From assembly GCA_963755915.1 (NCBI GenBank), contig CAVWLP010000002.1, positions 2,976,001 through 3,040,000 of the forward strand: DNA of 64,000 bases, read 5' to 3'. The stretch's first letter is position 1, and every line of letters starts with the position of its first letter. The translations under genes were made by a program, and so were the position numbers. The notes beneath the pieces were generated by a model. That model was not told where the DNA came from. It did no database searches and saw nothing but the letters and a program-made list of their open reading frames with translations. Positions 44,058-53,668 of this stretch are shown one piece after another. The stretch comes from an uncultured Phycisphaerales bacterium (GTDB taxonomy: Bacteria > Planctomycetota > Phycisphaerae > Tepidisphaerales > Tepidisphaeraceae).

Positions 44058-44364
44058 TCAATCCTCAAATGCAATCAATATACCGTGCTTAGCAACTATA
44101 AAACTACACGTGGTGAATGTAAAGACAAATCGATTTCCACAAATAAGTTAAATACCGGCCCAAATCAGTAATCCGCGCTTGCGTCAAAGATTTGAAGTAT
44201 TCTGGTCACTAGGCTTGGGTGGCCAAATACCTTCGATACTTCCCGTGTCTTGGTGACCACGGTGCGTTAGAAGGAGTTTGAGGCTGTGTGCCTCTCATCT
44301 GGCAAGTATGTGAGACGCCGCCGTCGCCAGCGTTTTGGGCGCGCTCGGCGGCGGAGTTTCGATA

Positions 44365-44560
44365 GACCTTTTAAGTATAAGAAAGAGGAACCACTTAACA
44401 CTTTGATTTATATAAACCGCGACGGACAGTTTTTGTCCGAAAACGGACAATTTGTGGTTTTCGACGGCCAAAAAACCGTTGCAATATTGGCCAAATAGTG
44501 ACAGGGTGCTGGTAGTTCCTGACCAAAAAAGCGGGGGTAAGATGGCCGAAAACGGACAAA
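44365..44560. promoter_or_regulatory. Putative replication origin/operator region of the element
   Basis: AT-rich tract 44369-44417, inverted repeat CGGACA..TGTCCG, 14-bp direct repeat CCGAAAACGGACAA (44437-50, 44546-59). Confidence 0.45.
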
Positions 44561-45162
44561 CATCGCGAGCGGAAACGAATCAGGTCGCCACGAAACGTGG
44601 GCTTCCGGTTTACCGCGTCAATCCCAGCATCCCGCCGTCGAATGGCTTGGCAACGCGACAGAAGCGTTTTGAAGTGCCAGGCGGCAAAGCTGCCGTCATC
44701 GTGGACAACGGCACCGGCGAAATCAAAGGCATCGGCGGCATGGGTTTCTGGTGGCAAGAGGAAGTGGATGCCAGCCGGTTCGTGAAACTGTTTCTGGATG
44801 GCATCAAGCAAGCCTGCGGGCTTTCCAAATCCGGCATGGCGGTCTTTGAATTGGTGTACCACCAAATCAGGGAAAATCCCGGCAATGACAAGATCGAACT
44901 GAGCCAATACATGGCACAGGATCGCGGCCTGAATGAACGAACCTTCCGCCGGGGCCTGCGGGAATTGCTCGAAAAGGAATTCTTGTACCGCAGCACCAGC
45001 GACGGCGTTTTCTTCATCAACATCCGGTTCATGTTCAACGGCGACCGGCTCGCGTTCGTGCGGACGTACCATTTGAAAGGTGCGAGCCGCCAACAGGAAT
45101 TGCCGCTTGGCGATGCCCCCGCGTTGCCCGGTCCAACCGTGCGCGAGCCGACGGGCGACTGA
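44542..45162 (+). CDS. RepL-like plasmid replication protein
   Basis: 'Y..NP', 'EVD...FVKLF..GI', wHTH 'TF.RGL.EL.EKEFL', 'FIN..F.FNGDR'. Confidence 0.75.
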   Translation: MAENGQTSRAETNQVATKRGLPVYRVNPSIPPSNGLATRQKRFEVPGGKAAVIVDNGTGEIKGIGGMGFWWQEEVDASRFVKLFLDGIKQACGLSKSGMAVFELVYHQIRENPGNDKIELSQYMAQDRGLNERTFRRGLRELLEKEFLYRSTSDGVFFINIRFMFNGDRLAFVRTYHLKGASRQQELPLGDAPALPGPTVREPTGD

Positions 45163-45206
45163 ACGCTACGTCGTCGCAATTGATTTGCGCGTTACAATTC
45201 CACCCG

Positions 45207-45781
45207 ATGAAACGTTTCCGTCGAGGGCTATTCAACGGGGTGGCCGGGATCTCGCTGGTCCTTTCTCTCGCCGGGGCGGCATATGGGCACGCAGTTACAG
45301 TTACGCCGAAGACCTCATCTATTACGGACACTCCGGGGGCGTCGCCATGCACGACGCGAAAGGCCGACTCGCGTTCGTATTCGAAAATGTGATGTCGATG
45401 AGCCCGCATTTTGAGTATTACTCTTCGACGCCCGTTCGCGGACTCGATTACGCGGACCCCCGGAGGACCCCTACGCTGTGGAACCGTCTGGGCTTCTACA
45501 TCGTTCGATTCACCAGAGCGCGCGATATCCAGAAGATGACTCCTCCACCGGGCATGAGTTGGCCGCCGGTGGTTCGGTACACCGACGTCGTCGTCCCCTT
45601 CTGGCTCGTGCTTCTGGTGCTGGCATTGCTGCCTTTCTGGAACTTCGTGCTGCCTATTCTCCGGGGCGCCCGCCTCCAGCCGGGCTATTGCGCGAAATGC
45701 GGCTACGATCTTCGCGCCACGCCCGACCGTTGCCCAGAGTGCGGGACAATCCCGCCGAAAAAGGAAATCATTTCAAGCTAA
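45207..45781 (+). CDS. Membrane protein with C-terminal zinc ribbon (frameshift ~45280)
   Basis: MKRFRRGLFN...WARSY; TM 'VPFWLVLLVLALLP'; CAKCGYDLRATPDRCPECG. Confidence 0.75.
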
Positions 45782-45819
45782 ACGAATCGCCGCAATTGCG
45801 GAAAATCGGAAAATCGCAT

Positions 45820-46053
45820 TTACGACGGCGTTCCGCCGGGCGGGAATCGTTTTTCCAGCAAGTCGCGGACGACATCCGCCATGATGAGGTTTTCAATCGC
45901 ACACTGGCTCTTGATTCGCTTATGCAGGCCCAGCGGCACGTCGATGGTAAGCCGCTTCATTGGCTGGCCCGCATTCTTGTCGTTAATCCATTCATCCGGC
46001 GATAGTCGTGCGGGCGATCCGGCGGGTTTGGAGCGAAAGGCAACTTTCTTCAT
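45820..46053 (-). CDS. ParG-like ribbon-helix-helix partition protein
   Basis: 'MKRLTIDVP..LHKRIK..CA.....MADVVRDLL'; overlaps the parA stop. Confidence 0.82.
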   Translation of the reverse strand: MKKVAFRSKPAGSPARLSPDEWINDKNAGQPMKRLTIDVPLGLHKRIKSQCAIENLIMADVVRDLLEKRFPPGGTPS

Positions 46054-46679
46054 GCCCCAAACTCCAAAACTTCGTTTACGAGCGCGGTTAACTCATCCCC
46101 TGCCTGGCTGTCGGGTGATGTCTCGAAAACGCTCTGGCCATGCCCTGCCGACTCGGCAAATGCCACTCGCTGGCAGATTGCGGATTTCAACACCGGCACC
46201 GGGTATTCAGCCAACGCGTCCACCACGTCGCGGCCCAACGCCGTATTTACGATTTTACGATTAATTACAAATGCCGATTTCAGGCCGGGCTTGAATACCA
46301 TCGCCTCCTGCAACAGGTCCACGATTTCCTTCGCGGCCCACACGTCGTAAGGCGACGGCTGCACAGGAATCAATACAACATCGCTGGCCATGATGGCCGA
46401 CCGGGCGACTTCGTACACCCGTGGCGGACCATCGATCAGAACATGCTCATAGCCCTGGGCCAACGCGGGCAATTCCTTGTGGATGGATGACCGGGGCAAT
46501 CCAGCCACGGGAAACAGCGGATCGCTATTTCGTGACGCCGCCCAATCGAGTGCCGAACCTTGCGGGTCGGCATCGACCAGCAACACCTTTTTCTTGCGTC
46601 GGGCCAGTGCATCGGCGATGTGAACGGCCAGCGTCGTTTTGCCGACGCCGCCCTTCTGATTCAGTAGTCCGATGATCAT
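46050..46679 (-). CDS. parA: ParA-family (type Ib) partition ATPase
   Basis: 'NQKGGVGKTT', 'VDADPQGS', 'IDGPP', 'PVQPSPYD'. Confidence 0.92.
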   Translation of the reverse strand: MIIGLLNQKGGVGKTTLAVHIADALARRKKKVLLVDADPQGSALDWAASRNSDPLFPVAGLPRSSIHKELPALAQGYEHVLIDGPPRVYEVARSAIMASDVVLIPVQPSPYDVWAAKEIVDLLQEAMVFKPGLKSAFVINRKIVNTALGRDVVDALAEYPVPVLKSAICQRVAFAESAGHGQSVFETSPDSQAGDELTALVNEVLEFGA

Positions 46680-46782
46680 ATTTTCACCGTGAAATTCGCG
46701 ATTGGGCGGAATTGCGATTTCACGGTTATCACGAATTGCGGAAGTGCGCAAATACAGAATTGCAGATTTACGATTTACAGGA
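46680..46782. repeat. Degenerate 8-bp repeat array upstream of parA (putative centromere/operator)
   Basis: cggaattg, cgatttca, (a)cgaattg, cggaagtg, cagaattg, cagattta, cgatttac; similar units at 45781-45825. Confidence 0.6.
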
Positions 46783-47036
46783 GTTTCCCGGGGAAATTCC
46801 TCCTTAGCAGTGCTAAGGGAAGATGTCTGTGGGTACTCAAGAATTTTCCACTCATTATGTCTAAACGGGGCCATGGGTTCCGAAGGGCATCTCGAATCGG
46901 TGCGAATCCGCCACAAATCGGTTGCCGACACATGAAATAATCCGCTCTTTCAAGCCAATAGATGGTAGGTGGCTGGCGTGCATCGGCACACCTCTGGTTT
47001 AACGATTTGTAAAGCAATCTTGGGGTAAACTGGCAG

Positions 47037-49673
47037 ATGCTTCGCATCATTCAAAGCAATTCCGCTGCCGGGGCCATGAGCTATTACAGCACGGCGGACT
47101 ATTACAGCGAGGGCCAAGAGCTACTCGGCCAATGGCGCGGGCAGGGTGCCGAACGGCTTGGCCTGACCGGCGGCATCGACAAGGCGGCGTGGGACGCCCT
47201 GTGCGATAACCGCGACCCGGCAACGGGGCTGCCTCTTACGGCCCGCCGCAATCAGGATCGTACCGTCGGCTATGATTTCAATTTCCACGTCCCCAAGAGC
47301 GTGTCTGTGCTCTACGGTCTGACACGGGATGATCGCATCCTCGATGCATTCCAAGCGTCCGTCGATGAGACGATGCGGGATATCGAGCGCGATATGAAAA
47401 CCCGCGTGCGGGTGAACGGTAAGAACGAAGAACGCACGACCGGCAATATGGGCTGGGGCGAGTTCACGCATTTCACGTCGCGGCCCGTGGACGGCGTACC
47501 TGATCCCCACCTCCACGCCCATTGCTTCGTTTTCAATGCGACGTTCGACGAAAGCGAAGATCGTTGGAAGGCGGGTCAGTTCCGGGAACTCAAGCGTGAC
47601 GCTCCTTTCTTTGAGGCCGCGTTTCATTCTCGGTTCGCCCGGCGAATGGAGGAATTGGGCCTTGAGGTCGAGCGAACGAAAGCCGGATGGGAGTTGGCCG
47701 ATATGCCCAAATCAGTCCTCAAAACCTTTTCCCGCCGAACGGCCCAGATTGAGCAAACGGCGAAAGAGGCGGGCATTACAAATCCGGCGGATAAAGATTC
47801 CCTCGGTGCCCGGACGCGGGAAAGCAAAAAGAAGGATATGCCGTTTTCGGAACTACAGGCCGAATGGCGGTCCCGGTTGCCCGTCGAGGATCAGGACGCC
47901 ATTAACCGCGTTGCGGCAAGCATCGGTGGTCCGGCATTGCCGGAAGATCCCACGCTCGGCAAAGAGGCGGTGACGTTCGCCGCCAATCACTGGTTCGAGC
48001 GCAATTCGGTCGTACCGGAGCGAACGGTGTTGGCAAAGGCACTGAAGCACGGGGTAGGGAAGGCGAGTTTGCAATCGGTGGAGTCCGCCTTTCGGAAACA
48101 CGATCTGGTCTTCGGCGAGCGGGATGGCCGGAAATTGGTTACGTCCAATGACGTGCTGATGGAAGAATCGCGGATGCTGAAATTTGCCCGCGATGGACGG
48201 GGCACGTGTCCACGGCTATACGACGGGCCGCATTCCTTCAACGATGCCAAGCTCAACGCCGGGCAATGTCGGGCGGTTGAGCATGTGCTGAATTCCTCCG
48301 ACCGGGTCATCATCGTCAACGGCGCTGCCGGCGTCGGCAAAACCACAATGATGCGTGAAGCGGTGGCCGGTATCGAAATCGGCGGCAGCAAAGTTTTCAC
48401 CTTCGCCCCTTCTGCCGACGCCAGTCGCGGGGTGCTCGCCCAAGAGGGATTTGAGAATGCCGACACGGTTGCCCGGCTCCTCGTCGATGAGAAATTGCAG
48501 CAACAAATCAGGGATCAAGTTATCTGGATCGATGAGGCCGGTCTGATTGGAACCAAAACTATGGGCCGGGTATTCGACTTGGCCGACAAACTGGATGCCC
48601 GTGTAATCCTCTCCGGCGACCGCAGGCAACATGGATCGGTGGAACATGGTGCGGCACTGCGTTTGCTCGAAACTGAGGCCGGGTGCCTTCCCGCTGAAAT
48701 CAGGGACATTCAACGGCAAAAAGGGGAATACAAACAGGCCGTGCAATCGCTTAGCGATGGCCGCACCGAAAAGGGATTCCAGCAACTCGACCATTTGGGC
48801 TGGATTAAAGAGGTTCCCGAAGGCGAACGGTACAAGGCCCTGGCCGATGAATACGTTGCGACCGTCGCCGCCGGGAAATCAGCTCTGGTTGTCAGCCCTA
48901 CGCATTCTGAAGGCGAGCGGATTACGGGTCACATCCGCGAATCGCTCAAAGATTTGGGACGGGTGAATACGGATGAACGCGAGGTTTCGATTCTGGAAAG
49001 ATCGAACCTGACGCAAGCGGAGCGTGGCGACGCGGTGAATTACGCTCCCGGCGACGTGCTGGTGTTTCAGCAGAACGGCAAGGGATACCGCAAGGGCGAG
49101 CGAATCGTAGCCGGAGAGGGTGCGTTGCCGCTCGATCAGGCAAGCAAATTTCAGAAGTATCGCACCCGAAAGATCGCAATTGCTGAGGGTGATCTCCTCC
49201 GCGTCACGCAAAATGGGAAAACCGCCGATGGCAAGCACCGGCTCAATAACGGCGCGCAATATGTGGTGGAGGGATTCACCCGCCAAGGCGACATCCGGCT
49301 CAACAATGGGTGGACCATCGACAAAAACTTCGGGCATCTGGATTATGGGTACGTCGTCACGAGCCATGTGAGCCAGGGCAAGACGGTGGATCGCGTTTTC
49401 ATCGGGCAATCGTCCGAATCGTTCCCCGCGTCATCGCGGGAGCAATTCTACGTGTCCGTCTCGCGTGCCCGGCAGCAGGCGACGATTTACACCGATGACA
49501 AGGAATCGCTGCTCGATGCGGTGAGCCGTTCCGATGATAGGATAACGGCGACGGAATTCGTCATGGATCGGGGCTATCATGCACGCGGGATGCACATTCA
49601 GCGGATCGCGGCGATGACGCCCGCACGGGATGAACGCACGCCAACACGCGAGGGGATCGAATATGACAGATAA
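47037..49673 (+). CDS. MOBF (TrwC/TraI-like) relaxase-helicase
   Basis: 'YY..ADYY', 'GYDFNF..PKSVS', 'H.TSR....PDPHLHAH', 'FSRRT', Walker A GAAGVGKT, 'IDEAG', 'SQGKTVD'. Confidence 0.93.
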   Translation: MLRIIQSNSAAGAMSYYSTADYYSEGQELLGQWRGQGAERLGLTGGIDKAAWDALCDNRDPATGLPLTARRNQDRTVGYDFNFHVPKSVSVLYGLTRDDRILDAFQASVDETMRDIERDMKTRVRVNGKNEERTTGNMGWGEFTHFTSRPVDGVPDPHLHAHCFVFNATFDESEDRWKAGQFRELKRDAPFFEAAFHSRFARRMEELGLEVERTKAGWELADMPKSVLKTFSRRTAQIEQTAKEAGITNPADKDSLGARTRESKKKDMPFSELQAEWRSRLPVEDQDAINRVAASIGGPALPEDPTLGKEAVTFAANHWFERNSVVPERTVLAKALKHGVGKASLQSVESAFRKHDLVFGERDGRKLVTSNDVLMEESRMLKFARDGRGTCPRLYDGPHSFNDAKLNAGQCRAVEHVLNSSDRVIIVNGAAGVGKTTMMREAVAGIEIGGSKVFTFAPSADASRGVLAQEGFENADTVARLLVDEKLQQQIRDQVIWIDEAGLIGTKTMGRVFDLADKLDARVILSGDRRQHGSVEHGAALRLLETEAGCLPAEIRDIQRQKGEYKQAVQSLSDGRTEKGFQQLDHLGWIKEVPEGERYKALADEYVATVAAGKSALVVSPTHSEGERITGHIRESLKDLGRVNTDEREVSILERSNLTQAERGDAVNYAPGDVLVFQQNGKGYRKGERIVAGEGALPLDQASKFQKYRTRKIAIAEGDLLRVTQNGKTADGKHRLNNGAQYVVEGFTRQGDIRLNNGWTIDKNFGHLDYGYVVTSHVSQGKTVDRVFIGQSSESFPASSREQFYVSVSRARQQATIYTDDKESLLDAVSRSDDRITATEFVMDRGYHARGMHIQRIAAMTPARDERTPTREGIEYDR

Positions 49674-50076
49674 GTTTCTGCATCATCGCCCCGGGCGTGT
49701 GCTTGACGACAGATTTGATTCGGGCCCGTCAGCGGATTCCGGCGGTGTCGATGATTTTCATTCGTTTGGCTGGCTACGCGGTATTCGCGAGCGGGCCACA
49801 ATGCTCGAGCTGCGGAAGAAATCGGGCGATGTCCTGGCCATTGGCTATAGCTGGATTGAGTGTGTGGAATTCAATCCAACCCAAGGGATTACGTTGCACG
49901 TTCATGGCGACAAGATTCACATCAAAGGCCGCAATCTGAACGCCGAAGTCCGGCCCGAAGTTCGACTGTTTCAAGGAATCGCCCGTCACCGCGTGGCATG
50001 GGTGCAGGAAGCGGACAGGCCGCGAAACCTGACGGGGGACAAGCAACTGACGATTATTGACCAAATCGCCTGGTGA
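49663..50076 (+). CDS. Hypothetical protein translationally coupled to the relaxase
   Basis: Start overlaps the relaxase end, with SD GAGGGG; 137 aa. Confidence 0.7.
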   Translation: MTDKFLHHRPGRVLDDRFDSGPSADSGGVDDFHSFGWLRGIRERATMLELRKKSGDVLAIGYSWIECVEFNPTQGITLHVHGDKIHIKGRNLNAEVRPEVRLFQGIARHRVAWVQEADRPRNLTGDKQLTIIDQIAW

Positions 50077-50160
50077 CGCTTGATCAAGCCTCAGCCAAAT
50101 CTTGTCGATGCCAATAAATGATAAGAGTTCCGCGTTCGTGGTTATCAACCGGATTTAGAA

Positions 50161-50670
50161 ATGTGGTTACCCAAGGACGAACGGCGTTTGCTTGCCGGTT
50201 ACTTCAAGATAATTGGCGAAATTGATAAGGAACGCATTTATCGCGAATCTGATCTAATTCCTCTACTGTGGTGGCGACAAAAGATTGAATCCATCAAGAC
50301 ATATCGAGAATCAGTAGGCAGGTCGGATGGTTCGGCCAGCATGGAAAATATGACGGCGTTCAAGCGCGAGGTCAAACAGCTACTCGCCGATATGGCACGG
50401 ATAAAGAGAGCCAACAAGTTGTTGGTCGCCCGGAAGATGGTGGCGATTCGACCACATGCCCACGAGCAGAATGTCATCCTAATTTCATTGACCGTTAAGG
50501 GATTCGACTTTGGAAGGCGATATGGCAATTGACTAGATTCAACGGGACTTTGGTTTGCCTATTACAAGAATCACTGGATTTGGCTAATTGTGGCTGCCGT
50601 CGCGGGCGGCATTATTCCGAAATTAATTGATCGTATCGGAGCGATTATTGCCGCCTTGCACCGACCGTAG
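50161..50670 (+). pseudogene. Cargo membrane protein interrupted by in-frame TGA (50530-32)
   Basis: After ...GRRYGN*, the same frame continues LDSTGLWFAYYKNHWIWLIVAAVAGGIIPKL...HRP* (a TM helix). Confidence 0.55.
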
Positions 50671-51297
50671 CTAGACCCCGTGTCCATGAATGAGCCGCCG
50701 CACAGAAGTTCTCCCAATACCGAGCCGTTTGGCGATCTGGCTCTTGCTGATTCCCGAAAGAAACAGCTTGTTTGCCTCATCCGCAAGTGCTGTCACTGTC
50801 GCGGGTCTTCCGTGCGGCTTCCCGTTCTTCCTGGCCTCTGCGATTCCGGCTTTGACGCGATCCCGCAGGATGTCACGCTCGTATTGTGCAAACACTGCCA
50901 GCATCCCGGCCATTGCCTGGCCGCTCGGTGTCGTGAAATCCAACGAATCGTTCGGCGAAACAAAATTGACGCCCACTGCGTGCAATTCCTTCAATGTCGT
51001 CACAAGGTCGAGCAACGAACGGCCCCAGCGATCCAGCTTCCAGACCAGGACGATATCAATCTCCCGTCGCATTGCAGCGTGCAGCACTTCATTCCTTGCC
51101 GGACGATCTTTCGCCCCGGACCCGACTTCCTCAATCTGCATGGCGACAGTCCAGCCCCGTCGCTCGGCGTATTCCCGCATCGCCGAAATTTGCAGCGGCA
51201 ATGTCTGCTGGTCGTGGGTCGAAACACGTGCGTACAACCCGACGCGTAAACGGTCGCCTGCCCCCTGGCCAAAAACCTCCCCCCGATTTTCGGTCAT
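50671..51297 (-). CDS. Serine resolvase/invertase
   Basis: 'YARVST.DQ', 'VWKLDRWGRS', 'GRP', C-terminal HTH. Confidence 0.93.
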   Translation of the reverse strand: MTENRGEVFGQGAGDRLRVGLYARVSTHDQQTLPLQISAMREYAERRGWTVAMQIEEVGSGAKDRPARNEVLHAAMRREIDIVLVWKLDRWGRSLLDLVTTLKELHAVGVNFVSPNDSLDFTTPSGQAMAGMLAVFAQYERDILRDRVKAGIAEARKNGKPHGRPATVTALADEANKLFLSGISKSQIAKRLGIGRTSVRRLIHGHGV

Positions 51298-51299
51298 GC

Positions 51300-51410
51300 C
51301 CCCTCGATAATTCAACTGCTTGCAGAAAACCCTTTACACCGGCCAAAAACTATAGTTTATGGTCAGGTCAGGACGTATCACGATTCAGCAAAAGGGACAA
51401 GAGAAATTCT
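51300..51410. promoter_or_regulatory. Putative res site / divergent promoter region
   Basis: Imperfect dyad ggccaaaaac-tata-gtttatggtc between the resolvase and WGR genes. Confidence 0.45.
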
Positions 51411-51416
51411 CGCCGC

Positions 51417-51857
51417 ATGGAAAACCTGCTCACGATTGCACTGGAAGCCCATAACAATGATCTCAATCATCACCGCCGCTATGAAATTACCGTCGGTCGG
51501 GATTTGCTGGACGATTGGACGCTGAGCATCCGCTACGGTCGCGTCGGCGGCGGATATCAAACGCAAAAGTTTTCCGGGAAAGACAAGCATCAAATCCGTG
51601 CTATCATTCGGGAACGGTTACGGCGTAGGCGATCCGCCCCAAAACGGATTGGATGTGCATACCGGGTAACGACATTCGACGCTGTTGCGGAATTCGACAC
51701 ATCCGCATGGTTGCCGAATGATTCGATTGTCTTTCTTCCTGACCCACCATTTTCCCTGACCCCGATGGTGGACAAAATTGCTTTCAGCGGAGCGAAGCGG
51801 GGTCAAGGTGGAACCGTCGGAGAAGAGGCTCCATGTACTCATGGAGTAGCACCTTGA
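51417..51857 (+). CDS. WGR-domain-like protein
   Basis: 'N..RRYEI.V..DLL.DW.L...YGRVG'. Confidence 0.75.
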   Translation: MENLLTIALEAHNNDLNHHRRYEITVGRDLLDDWTLSIRYGRVGGGYQTQKFSGKDKHQIRAIIRERLRRRRSAPKRIGCAYRVTTFDAVAEFDTSAWLPNDSIVFLPDPPFSLTPMVDKIAFSGAKRGQGGTVGEEAPCTHGVAP

Positions 51858-51969
51858 GGCCGATTCGTGGAGCGTACAATGTCGGAATTGGGGGCAGGGA
51901 AAGCTTGCCCTAGAAATCGCTCCTCCCTCAGAAATAATTGCTCTACGCTTTTAATCAACTTCTGCTGGA

Positions 51970-52422
51970 TCACTTACGCGGGTCGAACGGAACCGGCCTA
52001 CCACATTTTTCACAGAAGCGTGATTCGGGGTGAAAATTGAATGGAAACGCGTGAACCATGGTGGAGTTTTCAGTCAGGACCGCCATGACTCCACTGCATG
52101 TTGATGCAAACACACCATTGTTGTACTGCATTCCTGTTGTGCTACCCGCGAAAAGGATAAGGTTCTTGCGTCCCCAGTCGTCAATTTCAAGACATCCAGA
52201 CGCCATTGCTGACACCATGTGATGTTGATAGCTGTTCCAAGTCGAATTAAGGAATACCGAGTTGATCGAATAAATCTCAGTTGGGACGGTATGTTTTACA
52301 TATTTTTCCAACTGGTAGTCGTAGGGATATTTGCCTCCTGCATTGGCCTCAAGCGTTGAAGAATCGACGGGCACTATGAGACCTGAATTCCGTGCGCATT
52401 CATGGCAATAATATTTAGACAT
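51970..52422 (-). CDS. Hypothetical cargo protein with terminal CxxC pairs
   Basis: 150 aa, low GC; CHEC at the N-terminus, CEKC at the C-terminus. Confidence 0.7.
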   Translation of the reverse strand: MSKYYCHECARNSGLIVPVDSSTLEANAGGKYPYDYQLEKYVKHTVPTEIYSINSVFLNSTWNSYQHHMVSAMASGCLEIDDWGRKNLILFAGSTTGMQYNNGVFASTCSGVMAVLTENSTMVHAFPFNFHPESRFCEKCGRPVPFDPRK

Positions 52423-52520
52423 GGCGAAGGTGGTTTTGTAACACGCCGCCGCTAACAGGCTGCCCGTGCAGTTATCCGAGCACCTAACTCTATCGGCTGG
52501 ACCGCAAAAATAGCAAATAC

Positions 52521-52859
52521 TTACGGCATTTCTTCCCGAAGTTTGTTTTGCCAGTCCTGGGCGGTATGGAAGACGTGCAGGATATGGACCTCTTTATCGT
52601 CGAAATTGTAGACGGCCACATGGCCATGCCCGCTGGTCCTCCGCCTGATGACGACATAACGCAAATCGGGCCGTGTGCTGACTTTCTTGCCCCTGGCATA
52701 GCTGCTGGCCAGACCGGCGATGCTTTCCTTTAGATACCGGAGATAAGCATCGGCATGGGGGACGCCGTAACGTCCAGCGTTCCATCGCCAAACATCGTCG
52801 AGTTCATCAATCGCCGTCGGGGAGCGAATGACCGTCAGCGGGGATTGTTCCGAAGCCAT
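52521..52859 (-). CDS. ParE/RelE-family toxin
   Basis: 'SPTA..ELDDVW.WNA..YG..HADAY', 'H...Y......V.ILHVFH..QD'. Confidence 0.85.
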   Translation of the reverse strand: MASEQSPLTVIRSPTAIDELDDVWRWNAGRYGVPHADAYLRYLKESIAGLASSYARGKKVSTRPDLRYVVIRRRTSGHGHVAVYNFDDKEVHILHVFHTAQDWQNKLREEMP

Positions 52860-53113
52860 TCCGCCCTACGTTTCGCAAGTTCCGCGTCCGCTTGGTCTGC
52901 CGTATAGAAATTCCCGGCTTTGATTTCCGCTTCCGCCTTGTCAATGTGGGCAAGCCGTTCGGGCGTGAAAAGATGGTCGAGGTTTTCGGTTCCCTCGTGA
53001 AGATCATAGCTCAAAACGTCGGCGATGTATTCGTCAACGGTCGAGAACCCGGCTTCCGTCGCCCGGCGTTGGACCTCTTTGTAAAGATGATCGTTGAGTT
53101 GGACTTGTTGCAT
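52835..53113 (-). CDS. Cognate antitoxin (RHH-like N-terminus)
   Basis: Small acidic ORF immediately upstream of and overlapping the toxin. Confidence 0.75.
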   Translation of the reverse strand: MQQVQLNDHLYKEVQRRATEAGFSTVDEYIADVLSYDLHEGTENLDHLFTPERLAHIDKAEAEIKAGNFYTADQADAELAKRRAEWLRNNPR

Positions 53114-53417
53114 AGGCAATCTTTCTGAACGGCTGTCCGACATTATAACGGCATTTGAGGCCGATTGTCATTGAGAAATTGGCCCCTGGCATTGCAGGAT
53201 TCGACCCGAACAGGCACACGCCGCGTTGCGGCGGCCGGAGATTTGCCGGTCTATTCAGGTCGCTTGAAGATTTTTGGTGAAAGATTTCGGCCCTTTGACG
53301 CAAATAGTCTTAGGGTGTGTTCTGCGGCCACGGGCAGCGTCCGACCCCATTGTACAGTCAATGGAAATAAGGCCGCGCGCTCCCGCGCGGTCGGTGTCGA
53401 ACAACGGAGATTTCACG

Positions 53418-53648
53418 ATGCAGATTCAAACAATCCAAACGCAAACGGAAAATCCTCCCGCTTTGCTGACTCTGGCGATGATCCGGCGATATTATGTTCC
53501 GATTGCTTCCCGCACCCTGTTCCGGCTGATTTCGTCGGGGCGATTCCCCAAGGCGGATATCGGCATCGGCGGGAAGCTGCGGCTATGGAAGCGTGAAACG
53601 GTTGAAGCGTGGATCGCGTCCAACGCGGTGCGGGTGGGCGTAGAATAG
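53418..53648 (+). CDS. AlpA/Xis-like excisionase (recombination directionality factor)
   Basis: 'IASRTLFRLISSGRFPK...GGKLRLWKRETVEAWI'; SD GGAGA; directly upstream of int. Confidence 0.85.
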   Translation: MQIQTIQTQTENPPALLTLAMIRRYYVPIASRTLFRLISSGRFPKADIGIGGKLRLWKRETVEAWIASNAVRVGVE

Positions 53649-53668
53649 CGTGAAAGCGATGGTGCTTT

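Noticed and set aside
46940-47036. oriT/nic site for the MOBF relaxase
   Set aside because: The position is plausible and an imperfect AGGTG..CACCT dyad is present, but I could not match a known nic consensus with confidence.
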